Program-made: the position numbers and the translations under genes
NCBI GenBank assembly: GCA_035652355.1
Contig: DASRDY010000225.1
Location: 3,942 to 67,941, forward strand
Direction of reading: 5' to 3'
Length of the DNA stretch: 64,000 nt
DNA from: Blastocatellia bacterium
Lineage (GTDB): Bacteria; Acidobacteriota; Blastocatellia; DASRDY01
Notes under the pieces: generated by a model
The model's input: only the letters and a program-made list of their open reading frames with translations
The model's database searches: none
What the model was told of the DNA's origin: nothing
Shown here: positions 18,862 to 29,072 of the stretch, in pieces
Layout: each line of letters begins with the position of its first letter
Position numbering within the stretch: the first letter of the stretch is position 1

Positions 18862-20952
18862 ATGCGAAATAAAATTGTAATTGTTCTTGTATTTGTGCTC
18901 ACGATTGTAATCTATTCGTTCGGCCAGCAATCAACCAACGATCAAAAACAGAAACAAGGCGAAGAGGATGTCGTCAAGCTCAGCACAACTCTTGTGCAGA
19001 TTGACGCCGTCGTGACAGATAAGAACGGCAAACACATTACTGATCTGAAGCCAGAGGACTTTGAAATTCTCCAGGATGGTAAGCCCCAGAAGATCACGAA
19101 CTTTTCTTATATCGTTACCCAGCCCGAAAAGGCTGAGCCAATTAAAACGACGAAAGGCAATGACAAAAACAACAACAACGATGTTGCTGCGCCGATCGGC
19201 GTTACCGGATTGAAAAGAGAGCAGGTAAAAAGAACGATTGCGATTGTCCTCAATGACTTTACCAGAGAGAGTCTGTCGGTTGATAACGTGCTTTACGTTC
19301 AAAAGGCGATCAGGACTTTCATTAACGAACAGATGGAACCCGGCGACCTGGTTGCTATTATTCGAACCCGGCGTATTGGTGGGGCTATGCAGCAGTTCAC
19401 CTCAAACAAGCAGGAATTGCTGGCGGCAGTAGACCGAATCTACGAGGGCCCAAGCAGCTCTACATTTCAAGACGACTCAGACTGCGGCGGTGCCCGTCAG
19501 GAAGAATGCGAGTTCAACGATTTTGGGCAAGTCTATTTCAATGGCAGCACTCTTTCGTCGCTGGGATACATAATCAGCGGTATGCGCAACTTGCCCGGAC
19601 GCAAGTCTGTATTGCTGGTCTCTCAAGGATTAAGATTCGATTTTGAAAACCCGGTAATAAAGCAACAGATCTATAAACTGGTGACGCTGGCGAATCAGGC
19701 TTCAGTGGTCATAAACACGCTGGATCCGAGAGGTCTGCCAGTTTTACTCGGCCCCACATTTTCGGCTGCGAATGGAACTGTATATGGCGCTGCTGCGCAA
19801 GGCGCTCGCCCCCCAGCGGACATTGGAACGATTCATATGACTTACTTCAGTTCGCAAGGTGGATTGGACATTCTTGCGAAACAGACCGGAGGACTCTTCT
19901 TTCACGATTCTAACGATTTGACCGCTGGAGTCAGGAAAATCGTTAACGATCAGAGCGGTTATTACCTTATAGCATATCAACCCGAAGAAGGAACCTTTGA
20001 CCACCAGGGTGGATTCCGTTTCCACACCTGGAAGGTAAGGGTAACAAGACCCAATTTGGTCGTTCGAACCAGAAGTGGATTTCTTGGCATTTCTGACGAA
20101 GAGTCGAAGCCTGCAAGGAATACCAGGAATGACCAGTTATCCTCTGCTCTGACAACGCCGTTTGGCTCCAGCGACATTCCGATAAAGGTGACCGGAATCG
20201 TAGGCAGCGATCCGGCCTCTAAACCCGAAGTGAACATACTGGCGCACATCGATTCGCGCGCATTAACATTCACAGACGAGCCTGATGGAGGGCATAAGGC
20301 AACAATCGATGTGGTTGCTGTTACTTTTGGCGACAATGGGAACATTGTTGATCAGCTCGGGTCAACGCAGACCATCGTAGCCAAAGGTCAGATGTATGAG
20401 AAGATAATGCGAGACGGTTTGCTGATTACCAGCAACCTTCCACTGAAACGGCCAGGTGGTTACCAGTTAAGAGTCGCCGTGCGCGACGTTGCTTCCCAGC
20501 GAACCGGGTCAGCTTCGCAATTCGTCCTTGTGCCGAATGTCAGAAACGGACGCCTGGCTATATCAGGCATTGTCGCTGCCGGATCGCAGTCAGCTGAGGA
20601 TCCGAATGAAGCTCAAGCTGGAGCCGCAGTAAGAAAATTGAAACCGGGTACGACCTTGGATTATACCTACACCATTTATAATCCTGTCCTGGATCAATCT
20701 GGCAAGAATCCGAAATTGATGGTTGAAACAAGGCTTTTCAAGGACGACAAACTGGTTTATTCGGACAAACCTGTCCCACTCAATCCCGGGGATGCTACAG
20801 ACCTGAAGCAGATCAAAACTGTCGGGGCGATGAAACTGGGGGCTGATCTTAAACCGGGCGAGTACGTTTTGCAGGTCGTCGTTACCGACGAGCTGATAAA
20901 ACAAAAACGCAAGAAGGTCTCGCAGTGGGTCACGTTTGAAATTGTGCAATAA
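18862..20952 (+). CDS. VWA domain protein (acidobacterial TIGR03436-like)
   Basis: Signal peptide, then LSTTLVQIDAVVTDKNGKHITDLKPEDFEILQDGKPQKI, characteristic of the VWFA-related acidobacterial domain. A VWA fold follows (IAIVLNDF...). Confidence 0.7.
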   Translation: MRNKIVIVLVFVLTIVIYSFGQQSTNDQKQKQGEEDVVKLSTTLVQIDAVVTDKNGKHITDLKPEDFEILQDGKPQKITNFSYIVTQPEKAEPIKTTKGNDKNNNNDVAAPIGVTGLKREQVKRTIAIVLNDFTRESLSVDNVLYVQKAIRTFINEQMEPGDLVAIIRTRRIGGAMQQFTSNKQELLAAVDRIYEGPSSSTFQDDSDCGGARQEECEFNDFGQVYFNGSTLSSLGYIISGMRNLPGRKSVLLVSQGLRFDFENPVIKQQIYKLVTLANQASVVINTLDPRGLPVLLGPTFSAANGTVYGAAAQGARPPADIGTIHMTYFSSQGGLDILAKQTGGLFFHDSNDLTAGVRKIVNDQSGYYLIAYQPEEGTFDHQGGFRFHTWKVRVTRPNLVVRTRSGFLGISDEESKPARNTRNDQLSSALTTPFGSSDIPIKVTGIVGSDPASKPEVNILAHIDSRALTFTDEPDGGHKATIDVVAVTFGDNGNIVDQLGSTQTIVAKGQMYEKIMRDGLLITSNLPLKRPGGYQLRVAVRDVASQRTGSASQFVLVPNVRNGRLAISGIVAAGSQSAEDPNEAQAGAAVRKLKPGTTLDYTYTIYNPVLDQSGKNPKLMVETRLFKDDKLVYSDKPVPLNPGDATDLKQIKTVGAMKLGADLKPGEYVLQVVVTDELIKQKRKKVSQWVTFEIVQ

Positions 20953-20972
20953 TAGTCCGGCGTGACTTTGCA

Positions 20973-21884
20973 TTGCGAGAGGTCTGGATGCAGCTTGTAG
21001 AAGTTAAGAACGCGACGAAAGCGTTAGATGATTCTTATTATCGAAAGCTTGAGTCGGGCGACGTTCTATTTTTCCCGCGTTGTCCGTTCGATCTCAAATC
21101 AGAGGACACGGATTTTTTGCTGAGTCAGCGACAGCAGGACGCGTCATATCACAAGAACATTGCCTACAAGCCGAACATCGACAAAATCACCGGTGTTGCA
21201 TCTGACAGCGAGCGCGAGCGTTTGCGCGCAATAATGAAGAATTATTGTGAGACCGTAACGCAGCTATTGAAGACGATAATGCCGCGATATGCTGCACACT
21301 GGCAATTGGATTACACCAGTTTCAGGCCGCAGGAGGAAGAAGGGCGCAACCTGTCACTTCATTCGCGCAATGATTTGCTGCATGTTGATGCGTTTCCCGG
21401 CCGGCCTACTAACGGAAATCGCATATTGCGATTCTTCACTAACATCAACCCGACTAAGTCGAGAGTCTGGCAGACGTCCGATAGTTTTGACGTGCTGGCA
21501 TACGAGTTCGCAATGGAAGCTGGTCTGATGAAAATCGCTCGATGGTCAAAATCATCATTGCGCAAAAACGTTTTATCTCTATCCCGGACGGTGGGAATCA
21601 CAGCGGGAAAGCGCTCGCCTTACGATCAATTCATGCTCAAGTTTCATGATTTCCTGAAAGAGAATCAGCGATTTCAGGAGGCTTGCCCGAAGGTAAGAAC
21701 CGAATTCCCTCCGGGATCGTGCTGGTTGGTCTTCACCGATATGGTTAGTCATTCAGTATTGTCGGGGCAGTTTGCGTTAGAGCAGACATTCATTGTGGCC
21801 CGGGAATCTCTGGTCAACGTGGCGAAGGCACCGATAAATATTCTTGAAGACATCTGCGGGACTACATTGAGCGATCCTCTATAG
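20973..21884 (+). CDS. Kdo hydroxylase-like Fe(II)/2-oxoglutarate dioxygenase (KdoO family)
   Basis: LHVDAFPGRPTNGNRILRFFTNINP gives an HxD...H facial triad with a downstream SHSV. About 300 aa, as in the KdoO family. Recognised from memory, not verified. Confidence 0.5.
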   Translation: MREVWMQLVEVKNATKALDDSYYRKLESGDVLFFPRCPFDLKSEDTDFLLSQRQQDASYHKNIAYKPNIDKITGVASDSERERLRAIMKNYCETVTQLLKTIMPRYAAHWQLDYTSFRPQEEEGRNLSLHSRNDLLHVDAFPGRPTNGNRILRFFTNINPTKSRVWQTSDSFDVLAYEFAMEAGLMKIARWSKSSLRKNVLSLSRTVGITAGKRSPYDQFMLKFHDFLKENQRFQEACPKVRTEFPPGSCWLVFTDMVSHSVLSGQFALEQTFIVARESLVNVAKAPINILEDICGTTLSDPL

Positions 21885-21885
21885 C

Positions 21886-22497
21886 TCAATCGACCAACGA
21901 CAGGAACTGAGTCAGTATCCGTTCTGTCAATCCCCATATCGGACCATAAACTGAAGGGTAAGCCATCCATTCGTATTTGTGATCTTCAACGATATGACTG
22001 ACAGTATCAGAGCGGCCTTCCTTTTTAAGGAAGCGCACGGGGATCCAGAATGCGGCCGCCACCTCGTGATTGATATTTAATTCCCGCTCTTCGACTTGAT
22101 CACTGAATGAGTGATATTCAGGAGGAGCTATCGCAACAAAGGGAGTAACAGAGATGGTCGGAACGCGTTGGCTGCGAGGCGTGATAATATCCAGTCGTCC
22201 CAGCACCTTTCCGCCATCGGCAAGATTTATTCCGACTTCCTCGAAAGTCTCTCTGGTTGCAGTGTTCAGAAGATCCTTGTCGTCTGCTTGTTTGCGACCT
22301 CCGGGCAGTGCCAGATGTCCGGACCAATAATCGTTTGGATTTGGAGCGCGTTTGATCATCAAAATCTCTGCCAAATCTGCATGGTTGCGCAGAATCAAAG
22401 CCACCGCCGCTTGGCGAAGATTCGAATCGATCTGGATGTTGTCCCGCGGCTTTAACCGACCAGGCAGCATTTGAGTGATAGCGTCAAGTTCCGTCAT
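21886..22497 (-). CDS. NUDIX hydrolase (CoA pyrophosphatase-like)
   Basis: Nudix box GGRKQADDKDLLNTATRETFEEVGI. The N-terminal region resembles NudL-type enzymes. Confidence 0.7.
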   Translation of the reverse strand: MTELDAITQMLPGRLKPRDNIQIDSNLRQAAVALILRNHADLAEILMIKRAPNPNDYWSGHLALPGGRKQADDKDLLNTATRETFEEVGINLADGGKVLGRLDIITPRSQRVPTISVTPFVAIAPPEYHSFSDQVEERELNINHEVAAAFWIPVRFLKKEGRSDTVSHIVEDHKYEWMAYPSVYGPIWGLTERILTQFLSLVD

Positions 22498-22513
22498 TTG
22501 CGAGGCGAAGAGA

Positions 22514-22759
22514 TCAGTTATCAGTGATTGTGGTTCGCGAATCGCGGTCGATTCGTCGTTTGAAATAGAAATGCGGCTCGCCCATATATGCGTTCTGAAA
22601 TACTTGAACTAACTCCCATCCGTCAGCGCCCAGAACCTGAAGACAATCCTGAACATCTTCAGGCGATGGCGCGCCGGTCAGAACGCTTTTGCCGACGTCT
22701 TTGTCTGTATGCCGCCTCAAACGTTTCAGATCCAATACAAGGTATGTCCACTGTTCCAT
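22514..22759 (-). CDS. DUF4177 domain protein
   Basis: 81 aa (MEQWTYLVLDL...GWELVQVF) matching the DUF4177 pattern. Confidence 0.5.
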   Translation of the reverse strand: MEQWTYLVLDLKRLRRHTDKDVGKSVLTGAPSPEDVQDCLQVLGADGWELVQVFQNAYMGEPHFYFKRRIDRDSRTTITDN

Positions 22760-22840
22760 AAATCAAGAATAGCGAAGCGCGTTCACTCCTTCAACCGCTC
22801 AACGTGTGTACGCTTCTATTAGTTTGCTATATTAAGCCGG

Positions 22841-24496
22841 ATGGAGAATTTTATTGTTCAGGCCGTTTACGAAGAATTGAGACGCGAACTGGCTGGAAAG
22901 CGGCTGGGAAAGATTTTTCAGCTTAGCGTCACTGACCTCGCTTTCGATTTCCATTTGGAGGACGGAAGACTCCTTTTAATTTCAGCGCGTCCTGACGATC
23001 CGCACGTTTATTTGACGAATAGATCGATTAAATCTCTGGAAAAGCCTGACAGTGTTTCGCCGCAGTTCGCGCTGGTCTTGAGAAAGCATTTAGGCGGAGC
23101 ATCGGTAATTGGCTTACAAAAGCCTCAAGAGGAAAGAATTATTGAGATCGAACTATCAAACTATGACCCGTCAGGGGAGACCAGGAGATTCTTTCTATTG
23201 GTGGAGCTAACTGGCCGTTCGGCGAATCTCTCCTTGCTTGACGGAAATCGTCGTCTGATCGAAAAGCTGCGCTATAAAAAGGACGAATCTCTTGTTTCCA
23301 GCTTGGGAATGCAAATCAATCCAATCGAATCAACCATTTCGATTGAGCATTTTTCTAATGCGGAGTTAGAATCGCTGGACGGTGTGCCTGGTTTCGGTCC
23401 GCTACTCAACGAAGAACTCCGTTATCGCGTCCAGCACGAGCCAGTGGCAAAAGTCATCAGAGAAATATTTTCAGAGGTTTGGCACCAGGCTGCTCAGCCA
23501 ATTGTCTATTCTGATTTCAACAAGTCGCAAACACTCTCATCAATTATATTGAAGAGCAGGGAGGGCCAGTACGCTCAGCGATTTTCAGACATCAGTAAAG
23601 CAGCGCAATTTTATTATGAACGAAAAGCAGAAGCCGCTGAGCTTTCATCACAAGTCAACGCAGTCAAGGCGAAACTCAATGCTCGATTAAACAAGCTAAA
23701 GAATCTCGAGTCGAATCTGCAATCTGATTTGAAAAATCTGGGAAACGAAGACGAATTGAAAAAATATGGAGAGTTGCTTCTTGCCAACTTAGCCAACATT
23801 CAGCGTGTCGGAGACGTCGCCAAAGTCGTAGACCTTTACGACCCGGAGCAAAAAACCATTGATATTCCACTGGAATCGAATTTAACGCCTCAAGCAGGCG
23901 CCGAGCACTATTTCAAGCTCTATCAAAAATCTCGACGCGGTCGTCAGGAAATCGAAAAGAGACTGGCTGTTATTGATAGGGAAAAGCAGAGGCTCAGTTC
24001 GTTATTAGCTATGGCAACGGATGCTTCTTCGGAGGAAGATTTATCGCGCGTCAGCGACGCTATTACTGGAAAACCGAAATCGTCAAAATCCGCCCCGAAG
24101 CGAAAAGAATCCTCAGAAAAAGTCTCTGGCGTCAGAACGTTCCTGTCATCTGATCACTACGAGATATGGGTTGGCCGCGCCAGCAAAGATAATGATAACC
24201 TGACGTTTAAACTTGCTCGATCATCCGACACGTGGATGCACGTAGCAGATTATCCCGGCTCGCACGTCATCGTACGCAATCCTGATCGAAAACCCATCCC
24301 GCATAGAACTATAGTAGAGGCGGCACAGATCGCGGCCTATTTTAGTCAGGCCAAGAAAGAAGGGAAGGTCGATGTACGCTATACCGAGCGAAAATTTGTT
24401 CACAAGCCAAAGGGAGCTGCGCCAGGCCTGGTGAGAATAGCTTCGTTCAAGTCGATAACGGTCAGTCCAAAACTTCCTTCTGCGGAAACATTCTAA
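22841..24496 (+). CDS. NFACT-family protein (FbpA / RqcH-like ribosome quality control factor)
   Basis: 551 aa with an NFACT-N, a coiled-coil middle and an NFACT-R/DUF814 C-terminus (HVADYPGSHVIVRN...). Confidence 0.7.
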   Translation: MENFIVQAVYEELRRELAGKRLGKIFQLSVTDLAFDFHLEDGRLLLISARPDDPHVYLTNRSIKSLEKPDSVSPQFALVLRKHLGGASVIGLQKPQEERIIEIELSNYDPSGETRRFFLLVELTGRSANLSLLDGNRRLIEKLRYKKDESLVSSLGMQINPIESTISIEHFSNAELESLDGVPGFGPLLNEELRYRVQHEPVAKVIREIFSEVWHQAAQPIVYSDFNKSQTLSSIILKSREGQYAQRFSDISKAAQFYYERKAEAAELSSQVNAVKAKLNARLNKLKNLESNLQSDLKNLGNEDELKKYGELLLANLANIQRVGDVAKVVDLYDPEQKTIDIPLESNLTPQAGAEHYFKLYQKSRRGRQEIEKRLAVIDREKQRLSSLLAMATDASSEEDLSRVSDAITGKPKSSKSAPKRKESSEKVSGVRTFLSSDHYEIWVGRASKDNDNLTFKLARSSDTWMHVADYPGSHVIVRNPDRKPIPHRTIVEAAQIAAYFSQAKKEGKVDVRYTERKFVHKPKGAAPGLVRIASFKSITVSPKLPSAETF

Positions 24497-24504
24497 AATT
24501 TTTG

Positions 24505-24556
24505 TTGACTACAACGTATTTATACGTTAATGTCATAATTAATGAACGTATAAATT
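24505..24556 (+). promoter_or_regulatory. Candidate promoter plus BlaI-type operator upstream of blaI
   Basis: TTGACT-17-TAATGT, with the palindrome AACGTATTTATACGTT (24513-24528) in the spacer and a third half-site AACGTATAAAT at 24544-24556. Confidence 0.4.
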
Positions 24557-24577
24557 AGTTTACAGGACTTTAAAGGC

Positions 24578-24985
24578 ATGCCAAGAAAACCTTCGGAAGT
24601 GTTTACTGACAAAGAGCTGCAGATAATGAACGTAATCTGGCAAGTAGGGGAAGCTACTGTTAAAGACATTCAGGATCGATTGCCGGGAAATCCCCATTAC
24701 AACAGCGTGCTCACGATCATTCGAGTATTAGAGCGAAAAGGACATCTCATACACCGGTCAGAGGGGAAGACCTATTTTTATCGCGCCAGCGAGACGAAAG
24801 AAAAGGCCGGAGCGCGGCTTCTGCAGAGGCTCGTGGATCAAGTGTTTGGCGGATCGGCGGCATCTGCCGTTCTCAATCTGGTCGAAGCTGGTGATTTGAG
24901 CAAAGAAGACCTGGACGAAATCAGGAAAAAGGTCGCGAAATCACGCAAGGAAACGAAGGAGAAAAGCGATGGCCGCAACAGGTAA
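24578..24985 (+). CDS. BlaI/MecI/CopY family transcriptional repressor
   Basis: Winged-helix N-terminus (LQIMNVIWQVGEATVKDIQDRL...NSVLTIIRVLERKGHL). Confidence 0.8.
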   Translation: MPRKPSEVFTDKELQIMNVIWQVGEATVKDIQDRLPGNPHYNSVLTIIRVLERKGHLIHRSEGKTYFYRASETKEKAGARLLQRLVDQVFGGSAASAVLNLVEAGDLSKEDLDEIRKKVAKSRKETKEKSDGRNR

Positions 24986-26635
24986 TCTGCACCAACTTGT
25001 TTTCGTTTCCAGCCGAGTGATTCATTGGCTGTTCACCTGGAGCTGGCAAATCCTGATCGTTCTCTCCGTTGCCTGGATGGCGATTAAGCTGGACCGATCA
25101 AAGAGCGCTGCTGTCAGATATAGGATCTGGCTACTGTCTGTTCTGGTGGTTTCGATACTTCCGTTGCTAAGCGCAATCACCCAGAGTTTTCATTTCGAGG
25201 GAGTTGCGACTCCGATTAACTGGCCCACCGCACGATTTGAAGATTTCGGCGGGACACCGCCAATCAACATCAATGCGCCAGCGCCATCGTTTTCATGGTT
25301 GTCGATGGGATGGATAGTCCTGCTCGCAATCTGGGCGGCCGGAGCGATCTTTTCGACTCTCAAATTTTGCGTTCGTTGATTAAGGTAAACCGGATTCGTT
25401 CTCGTGCAGAGCTCGTATCAGTGACAGAACTCGGCTGTTCATACCCAGAGATTTTTCCGCTGGACACGGGAGTAGTTTCGATAAGATTGTCGAACGAGAT
25501 TCAAACACCGGGACTGGCCGGATGGCTGAATCCGGTTATTTTATTACCCGCGGATATTAAGTCGTGGACGAATGAAGATGAAAGAGTATCCATACTTCGC
25601 CACGAATTTGCACATGTTAAAAGGAACGACCATTTAGCCGGACTATTTCAGTCGATCCTGAAGGCTCTCTTCTTCTTCCATCCAGTGGTGCGCTACGCGT
25701 GCAATCAACTGAGTTTGGAAAGGGACCTGGCCTGTGATGATCAGGTTCTTGGACTTGGCACCGAGCCGAGCGCATACGCCGAATCAATCTTGAAAGCAAT
25801 CGAGCGAAGCTTTCTAGCGGATGTTGTGCATCAGACGACATCGTTTGCAACGCGGAGAAAGCTTGAAAAGAGGATAGATATGATTCTAGACACAAACCGC
25901 GTGATGAGACCATTGAAGCAGTGGCGGTTCTTGCTGCTTCCTTCATTAATGACCATTACGGTGGTAACGCTGGTGCTGCCAGCACCGGGCAGAGCGACAA
26001 ATAGGGCCACCAATGCTTCGGTAAAACAGGTCGTTCCAATTACGCCCGCTCCAGTTCTCTCCGGTATAGATCAAGATCTGCCTGTCGTCGATAAAGGCAT
26101 CATTTGGGTGGATGAAGTAAAGAGAGGAGAGATGCAGCTTCAAGTACGTGGACTTGGATACCTGGCATCTGATGGTGGCGAAAAGCTGAAGGCTCGCGTG
26201 ATTCTTCCCGTTGCTGCCATGAATGATGTTGAACTAGGACAACCTGCTGCCACCGTTGTCAGTGGCGGCACAATTGGGGGAAAGGTATATCGTAAATACG
26301 GGATCAGGGAAGATGGCGCAACGTTTCAAGTGGATCTGCCTCTTGATGGGGAGCTTCCAGCAGGCGCTCAAGACGGCACTAACGTTGATGCCACGATACA
26401 AGTCGGACGGCTCGACGATGTTCTATATGTGGGCCGTCCTGTAGTCGCCGGGATAAACAGCACGTTGAGCGTTTTTAAAATCAATGATGGCAACACCGCA
26501 TCAAGAGTGACGGTAAAATTCGGTAACGCATCGATCAACAATATCCAAATACTGGATGGGCTTCAGGTTGGAGACAAGGTGATTCTGTCGGATATGTCTC
26601 AGTTTGACGGCTTCAATTCAGTTCGATTGAAGTAA
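24969..26635 (+). pseudogene. BlaR1-like M56 peptidase/signal transducer, split into two ORFs by a frameshift (about 25340-25380)
   Basis: ORF 24969..25379 encodes the N-terminal TM part. ORF 25295..26635 is in a different frame and carries the M56 HEXXH motif (RHEFAHVKRNDH) plus a large C-terminal domain. The overlap shows a +/-1 shift, which may be a real pseudogene or a sequencing error. Confidence 0.55.
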
Positions 26636-26692
26636 CAAGAATTCGTGGTTGCTGTTTGGTGAGGGCCTCAAAAACGGGCCCTCAACCTGTCT

Positions 26693-27367
26693 TCAGGACG
26701 CCGACAAAAACATCCTCAGCATCATCTGCGTTCCTCTATCCAGTTTGATGTTCTTGCCTTTTGTGGAAAAGATTGTCTCCGGCGGAGGCGATTTCAATTG
26801 CCACGACATCGAAACACCGTCAAAACCGATAGCGCCACGCGAATTCGAGTTCAGCAGCAGTCCGCTGATTTTGGCCTTAACGCCAAGATCAGCGCTGTTC
26901 GACGTGTGATTAAGACCGCCTTGAGAGCCCTCTGCATTCGATGATGATAAACCGTTGGGATTAGACGAACCACCAGCCAATTTGGGCATGTTTTCTGTCG
27001 TTATTCCATCCCGCGCGGCAGCGACGGCGCCTATAATGCCCTGAACCGGCTTTTCGGATCCGTCTTTTTGTACGACTTTGTCTATAACAATCGATAGCTG
27101 CGATTCCGCAGCCCCATTGCCTTTTTGAGTTACGGCTGAAATATGGCCGATCAAACTCGCGTCCTTCGAAATCACTACCTTTCCATCGACTGCAATATCG
27201 GCCATTACACGGAGATTGACTTCCTGTCCTACCGTTGCGTTTTTAAGTTCGACAGCTTTTGTCAGGACTGCATATCCAGTGCTTATGCCCTTGTCATCTG
27301 ATTGGGCATTGACTTGAGCGCAAACCAACAAAAGAAGGGCGATGGCCAGACAATATTTGATCTTCAT
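26693..27367 (-). CDS. Hypothetical exported protein
   Basis: Start chosen at the internal Met with a signal peptide (MKIKYCLAIALLLLVCAQVNA). Gly/Ser-rich C-terminal region. No known domain. Confidence 0.4.
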   Translation of the reverse strand: MKIKYCLAIALLLLVCAQVNAQSDDKGISTGYAVLTKAVELKNATVGQEVNLRVMADIAVDGKVVISKDASLIGHISAVTQKGNGAAESQLSIVIDKVVQKDGSEKPVQGIIGAVAAARDGITTENMPKLAGGSSNPNGLSSSNAEGSQGGLNHTSNSADLGVKAKISGLLLNSNSRGAIGFDGVSMSWQLKSPPPETIFSTKGKNIKLDRGTQMMLRMFLSAS

Positions 27368-27541
27368 AGACTTTTCCTGATGATCTGAATTGATCAGAGA
27401 GTTTCGTGGATTATAACAGGATAAGTTCGGATCAATACAAAAAATTGAAAGGATTACAGTTCCGAATTGAGTTAAAGGTAAGGCAGGGCTCAGGAAATAG
27501 AAAAAACCAAAGCCCTGCTTCAATTAATTAACTGCCGATAA

Positions 27542-29059
27542 CTAACTGCCGACCTTCTGACCATCGATGCTGTAGACTTCAACATCGCCGTATTTCTTCA
27601 GGATGTCTTTGATCTTGTTGCCGTCACCAACAGCAACAATTGTCATGTGATCAACAGCAACGTACTTCTTAGCAGCGCGCTGAACGTCATCGGCGGTGAT
27701 TGCCGCGATTTTGTCGGTATAGGTGTCCCAATAGTTTGCCGGAAGATGATAAATCTTCGAAACGATTGCGTTGCTCAATGCGGATTGCGGATTTTCCAGT
27801 GAAAGAGCGAAACTGGCAATTAACGAGCGTTTTACCTCTTCCAGCTCTTTCTCCGGCACTTTCTCGTTCCGAATACGATTGAGCTCGTACATAAACTCTT
27901 TCATCGAACCGTCGGTTACATCGGTTCTTACCTCAGAACTTGCAGACCATGTGCCTGGATACTGCAGGGAAGAAAAGCCCGAATACGCACCATAGGTGTA
28001 TCCTTTATCTTCGCGCAGATTCATAAACAGACGCGCTGTAGCTCCTCCACCAACGACGCGATTCATAACCAGCAACGGGAAGTAGTCAGGATTCGTTCGC
28101 GTAATCCCCAAATTTCCCAGAACCAGGTTGGTCTGAACCGAATTCGGCCGGTCGACCAGATAAATCGTCGATTTAGCCGGTGTTGGCGGCTCCGGCCATT
28201 TCATATCGGGCGATGTGCCTTTTTCCCACGATCCGAACGCCTTTTCGATTTTTGGCATTACATCTTTGATATCCACATCGCCAGCAATGGCCAGGATCGC
28301 ATTTCCGGCCCAATAATGTGAATCGTGGAAGGCTTTCAATGTCTCAGGCGTAATCTTCGCTAACGCATCCGCTGAAGTGGTCCTGACTGATGCCGGATGG
28401 TCGCCGTAAACCGCCTTATTGAACCGCTCATTGGCGAGAAACGCAGCATTGGTGCGCAGGTTTTGAAGTCCAATCTTTTGATTAGTGAGTTGTCGGGTCA
28501 ATTCTTTTTCCGGAAATACGGGGTTTAGTGTTATGTCAGCCATATAATCGAGCAGCATATCGATGTTGTCCGATATACCTGACGCGGTTACTGTCGCCGC
28601 GCTTGACCCGAATCCGGCGCCGGCTCCGAGCGATGCGCCAGCTTCGTCGATCGCTGCAGAGATTTGATCTGACGTCCTGGTCTTTGTGCCCTCACGCAGC
28701 ATGGATGCCGTAACGCTGGCCAATCCAGGTATGTCTTTCGGGTCAAATAGATCACCCGCGCCTGCTATTTGGAGTTGCATCGACACCGTTGGCAGTTTTG
28801 GCGACCTCGAGTCCTGTAGAATCAGCACCGTCAAACCATTTTTGAGAGTAGCCTCATAGGGTTTGGGAAGAGTTACCTTCAGGACGTCCTTATTGACCGG
28901 AGCTTTGCCCTTGATCTTTGTGTTCTTACCTGTGGTCTTCTGACCTGGAACGGCCTGCTTTGCCGATACGGGCAGAATAACCATTGCCGATACAAGCAAA
29001 GTTACAATTGTTGTCATAAACAACTGGTTTGTTTTTCTCAATCGAATTGTTTGTAGCAT
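27542..29059 (-). CDS. M16 family peptidase, non-catalytic partner subunit
   Basis: M16 (pitrilysin) fold with a signal peptide but without the HxxEH motif. Confidence 0.7.
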   Translation of the reverse strand: MLQTIRLRKTNQLFMTTIVTLLVSAMVILPVSAKQAVPGQKTTGKNTKIKGKAPVNKDVLKVTLPKPYEATLKNGLTVLILQDSRSPKLPTVSMQLQIAGAGDLFDPKDIPGLASVTASMLREGTKTRTSDQISAAIDEAGASLGAGAGFGSSAATVTASGISDNIDMLLDYMADITLNPVFPEKELTRQLTNQKIGLQNLRTNAAFLANERFNKAVYGDHPASVRTTSADALAKITPETLKAFHDSHYWAGNAILAIAGDVDIKDVMPKIEKAFGSWEKGTSPDMKWPEPPTPAKSTIYLVDRPNSVQTNLVLGNLGITRTNPDYFPLLVMNRVVGGGATARLFMNLREDKGYTYGAYSGFSSLQYPGTWSASSEVRTDVTDGSMKEFMYELNRIRNEKVPEKELEEVKRSLIASFALSLENPQSALSNAIVSKIYHLPANYWDTYTDKIAAITADDVQRAAKKYVAVDHMTIVAVGDGNKIKDILKKYGDVEVYSIDGQKVGS

Positions 29060-29072
29060 TGGTTTACTCCCC

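Noticed and set aside
19744-20345. Minus-strand ORFs of 93-122 aa inside the VWA gene
   Set aside because: Antisense shadow ORFs within a well-supported 706-aa CDS.
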